DNA from: Camelus ferus
Lineage: Eukaryota
Direction of reading: 5' to 3'
DNA length: 64,000 nt
NCBI RefSeq assembly: GCF_009834535.1
Contig: NC_045696.1
Span: 12,836,001 to 12,900,000, forward strand
Below the pieces are notes generated by a model. The model was not told the DNA's origin. It saw only the letters and a list, made by a program, of their open reading frames with translations, and ran no database searches. Shown in pieces: positions 60,878 through 64,000 of the stretch. How positions within the stretch are numbered: position 1 is the first letter of the stretch; the number at the start of each line of letters is the position of its first letter. The translations under genes were made by a program, and so were the position numbers.

Positions 60878-62738
60878 TTTTATTTATTTATTTTGAGAAG
60901 CCCAGTTCGTTAGCATATGCATTGTTAGAAGTGTTTGGGACACTCTTAGGTTATCTCATAGCAACATCTAATATTGCTTAGGTCATTAGAAATGACTTAA
61001 ATATTTCTTCATTCCAAAATTATATAATGTCTAACATGTGCTAAGATTTGCGGTATAGTTATTACTAGTGCTGACTTTGCCCATAATGTAGATACAATAG
61101 ACATGTCAGTTCTTAAAATATTTAAAAAATATTTACAATTCTAAGATAACAGAATTTTCAAATATTGCAAGTCGCCCTGACTGTGTTTTTCCATTTAGTT
61201 TTAACACATTATGCTTGTTAATTTGGGGACATTAAAATGCAACATAAATTTAAACGAGACACCCAGTGTCCCCCCACCCAAATAAAGACAGTGCTGAGAA
61301 TCAAGGAATAAATACAAAATCTGCTCAGCAACTGTAGAATATTTAGCTTCCTAAATATATCTTCTGTGTGGGAAGCTGGGAGAGGAAAATTAAATTCTTA
61401 CATTTTTGAAGAGGATGGGGCAAGGAGTATTTGAAGAAGCCAAGTAGAAAACGGAAACGCTTATGCTGGCTTTGCCCCTTACGGAGAGATGCTTGGCTGG
61501 GTCCTTTCCCACGGGGCCCTTTCCAGAGGACTTAGTACATTTCGGGAGGAGCTTGCTATAACCCGATGGCCCGGGCAGAGAGCGGAGAGGGGATGGTGTG
61601 GCTCAAGCTGGCATTCTTGGAACAGGAGCCTGTGGTTTCTCTCTTACTTCATCTTGTTAAATTGGTCCTGATGATCGGGGCGGATACCAGACATAGTAGC
61701 GGCTCACTTGCGCAGCCGTGTAATTTAAAGCCCTTGCAAGCTCGGGCAGCAGCAGGATGAGGAAGGGATGGAGGAAAGGGGGTGAAGAGGAAGTGCCTCC
61801 CCCCTGGGCTCTGACCTCATCCAAACCCCAATCTGTGTCTTGGGAAAATGTGTTTCAAAGTTGGCTTGAGACACTATTACAAGGATGTCTTAATTTAACC
61901 TTCTCAGAACTGGCTGTGTTGTGAGTATCCATGGCATCGAGCGTATCTGAAAAGCTGTTTCTGTGATCCTACAGGATGTGTGCTCTGGTGCCTGAAGGAT
62001 ACTTTTATCTTTTCATTTTCAAATAAAGTATCTTTGGATTCCTTTTCTTTGGAAAGCAACATTTTATTCTTTAAGCAAGAGCATGTGATACATGAGTCCA
62101 AATGATGGAAGGATGTAGGGTGAGTGTGGAGAAAATGACAAGGAAACTGTCTCTTCCTGATGCAAAAAGAAATTCACTATCAGCGTGGAGTTTATTTACT
62201 GCTTGCCTGTTCCCAGCATGAGATTATAGGTATGAAAATCTCTTGGACGAGAATAGTCAGAATGGAGCAATAAGAACTGAAATAAAAATAAAGGTGTTAA
62301 TTTTTATTCCCAGAAGTCAATAGATGCTTTTCATCTGGTTACCACAGGCCTTCTTCTAAGTTTTTTTTTTTTTAAGTTTTTAATGTGAACACATGTTAAG
62401 CAGTATCTTAAATCCACGTACAGCTGATTAATTCACGAGAGCCAGTGTTTTACATGCCACATTGACGTAAGCCTACTAGTAGCTCCATTTTTAAATTGGA
62501 AACCTGATTCTTGTGCTTGAATTTTAGGAACCTGTTTCCTCAGGCCAACACTTTTATTCAGCGGACCCTGCTGGTTATATATTGTCTCCTATTTTGAGGG
62601 TTTATAAGACGGTAAGAGGAGTCACCTTGGTGAGGACTTTACGATACTACACACGTACACACAAACCCACATTGTATCATAAAACAATGAGAGTTTGCTG
62701 TGTCATATGAGACATTTCATTACTCTATAGTTTTACTT

Positions 62739-62852
62739 AAAAATTTTTTTTAACTAATTTTTTTTTTAAATGGAGGTACTGAGGGTTGAACCCAGGACCT
62801 TGTGTATGCTAAGCATGCATTCAACCACTGAGCAACCCGCCCCCCTGCCCCG
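62739..62852 (-). mobile_element. vic-1-type SINE
   Basis: Same head as the other copies; TSD CTATAGTTTTACTT / CTATAGTTCTACTT. Confidence 0.88.
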
Positions 62853-63261
62853 CTATAGTTCTACTTTTTACATCAGGTATAAAATCTAAATATCTCAATA
62901 CTCTTATTCACCAGAATTCCTGTTTGGATGAGAACATTACGTGTTTAAAAGATTCTTTGATGAATTCTTTGATGAATTTCCTGAGCTGAGGTCAATCTCC
63001 AGTGATGTCAAATGACTTCTAAGGACAGTAGGTCCTGCTGACCAGAGGACACTTTGATTTGTCCAGCGATGTTTGGGTTTAGAGGTCAATGGCTTTGAAT
63101 TATAAAGAGGCGAGAAATTTTAAGTAGAAATTTGGGAAGGGCAGAAAGATTGGGTGCGAATGAAGTGAGCATCAGATAGGGAATCCTGGTAGCAAATGCT
63201 TAGAAAATGGACTGGGGGTAGCACAGGATCTAAGGATAATTTTTTTTTTTTGGCATTAACT

Positions 63262-63411
63262 GTTTTTTTCATTGTGGTAAAAATGCGTAACATAAATGTT
63301 CCCATCTTAATCCATTTTAAGTGTACAGTTCAGTCATGTTAAGTATATTCACACTGCTGTGCAGCCCATCTCCAGAACTTTTTCATCTTGCAAAATTGAA
63401 ACTCTAACCCC
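63262..63411 (-). mobile_element. Old L1MB-like 3' end
   Basis: attgtggtaaaa ... ccattttaagtgtacagttcag ... tctccagaactttttcatcttgcaaaattgaaactct. Confidence 0.8.
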
Positions 63412-64000
63412 GTGGGAATGTAGTTTGGTGTAGCCATTATGGAAAACAGTATGGAGATTCCTCTAAACATAGATTTATCATATGATCCAGCAGTCACACT
63501 CCTGGACATACATCCAGAGGGAACTTTAATTCAAAAAGACACATACACCCCAATGTTCATAGCAGCAATGTTTATAATAGCCAAGACATGGAAGCAACCT
63601 AAATGTCCATTGATAGATGACTGGATAAAGAAGTTGTGGTATATTTATACAATGGAATACTACTTAGCCATAAAAATGATAAAGTAATGCCATTTGCAGC
63701 AACATGGATGAATCTGGAGATTGTCATTCTAAGTGAAGTAAGCCAGAAAGAGACAGAAAAATATCATATAATATCACTTATAAGTGGAATCTAAAAAATA
63801 AAAAGACACAAATGAACTTATTTACAAAACAGAAACAGACTCATAAACATAGAAAACAAACTTGTGGTTACCAGGGAGGGAAGGGGGAAGGAAGCGATAA
63901 ATTGGGAATTCAAGAATTGCAAATACTAATTACTATATATAAAATAAACAACAAGTTTCTTCTGTATAGCATAGGCAACTATATTCAATATCTTAGAGTA
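63412..64000 (+). mobile_element. Young camelid-type L1 (ORF2 end plus 3'UTR), running off the window
   Basis: ORF 63439-63687 gives YDPAVTLLDIHPEG ... [39 protein letters not shown]. Confidence 0.95.

Noticed and set aside
1352..63687. Most ORFs in the six-frame track as genes
   Set aside because: They are short and fall in repeats, microsatellites or random frames. The only recognisable ones are L1 ORF2 remnants, RPL12 pseudogene pieces and the two MAP3K7CL-like segments. The true coding frames are not in the track.
1..64000. A novel prokaryote-style system (CRISPR array, operon, defence island)
   Set aside because: The DNA is mammalian intronic/intergenic sequence. There are no regularly spaced repeat-spacer arrays and no gene-dense ORFs.
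55984..64000. Next MAP3K7CL coding exon (PLPPCHDSEES...)
   Set aside because: Searched by eye and not found; it presumably lies beyond the window.
63262..64000. Twin-priming 5' inversion of a single L1
   Set aside because: The two opposed pieces are both 3' regions from different-age families, better explained by a young L1 inserting into or next to an old L1MB.

Overview
Mammalian genomic DNA, very likely camelid (alpaca/llama/camel), judged from six vic-1-type tRNA-derived SINE copies and young camelid-type L1 3' ends. The window covers the 5' part of the MAP3K7CL (C21orf7, TAK1-like) locus on the + strand. I recognise a 5'UTR exon ending at 41213, the first coding exon (43266-43374, ATG at 43305, MISTASVPADQPVRIAFSLDHAS) and the second coding exon (55922-55983, DDTPPEDDTPLVFPELDQQLQ). 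The remaining coiled-coil exons were not found and presumably lie past position 64000. Two upstream segments (about 1430-1490 and 6826-6965) are recognisable homologues of exons that encode the N-terminus of the long human isoform, but here they lack the human start codon and carry frameshifts. A heavily decayed RPL12 processed pseudogene lies antisense at about 38221-38830. The rest is intron-like DNA rich in L1, L2, MIR, hAT/Tigger, MaLR/ERV LTR and microsatellite repeats, including several unusual retro-insertions: a chimeric L1 inside a perfect 20-bp TSD, a poly(A)-only insert, a 53-bp micro-L1 and a SINE dimer. No prokaryote-type system, CRISPR array or convincing novel gene is supported. 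All comparisons with human sequences and repeat consensuses are from memory and need confirmation by alignment; old-repeat boundaries are approximate.
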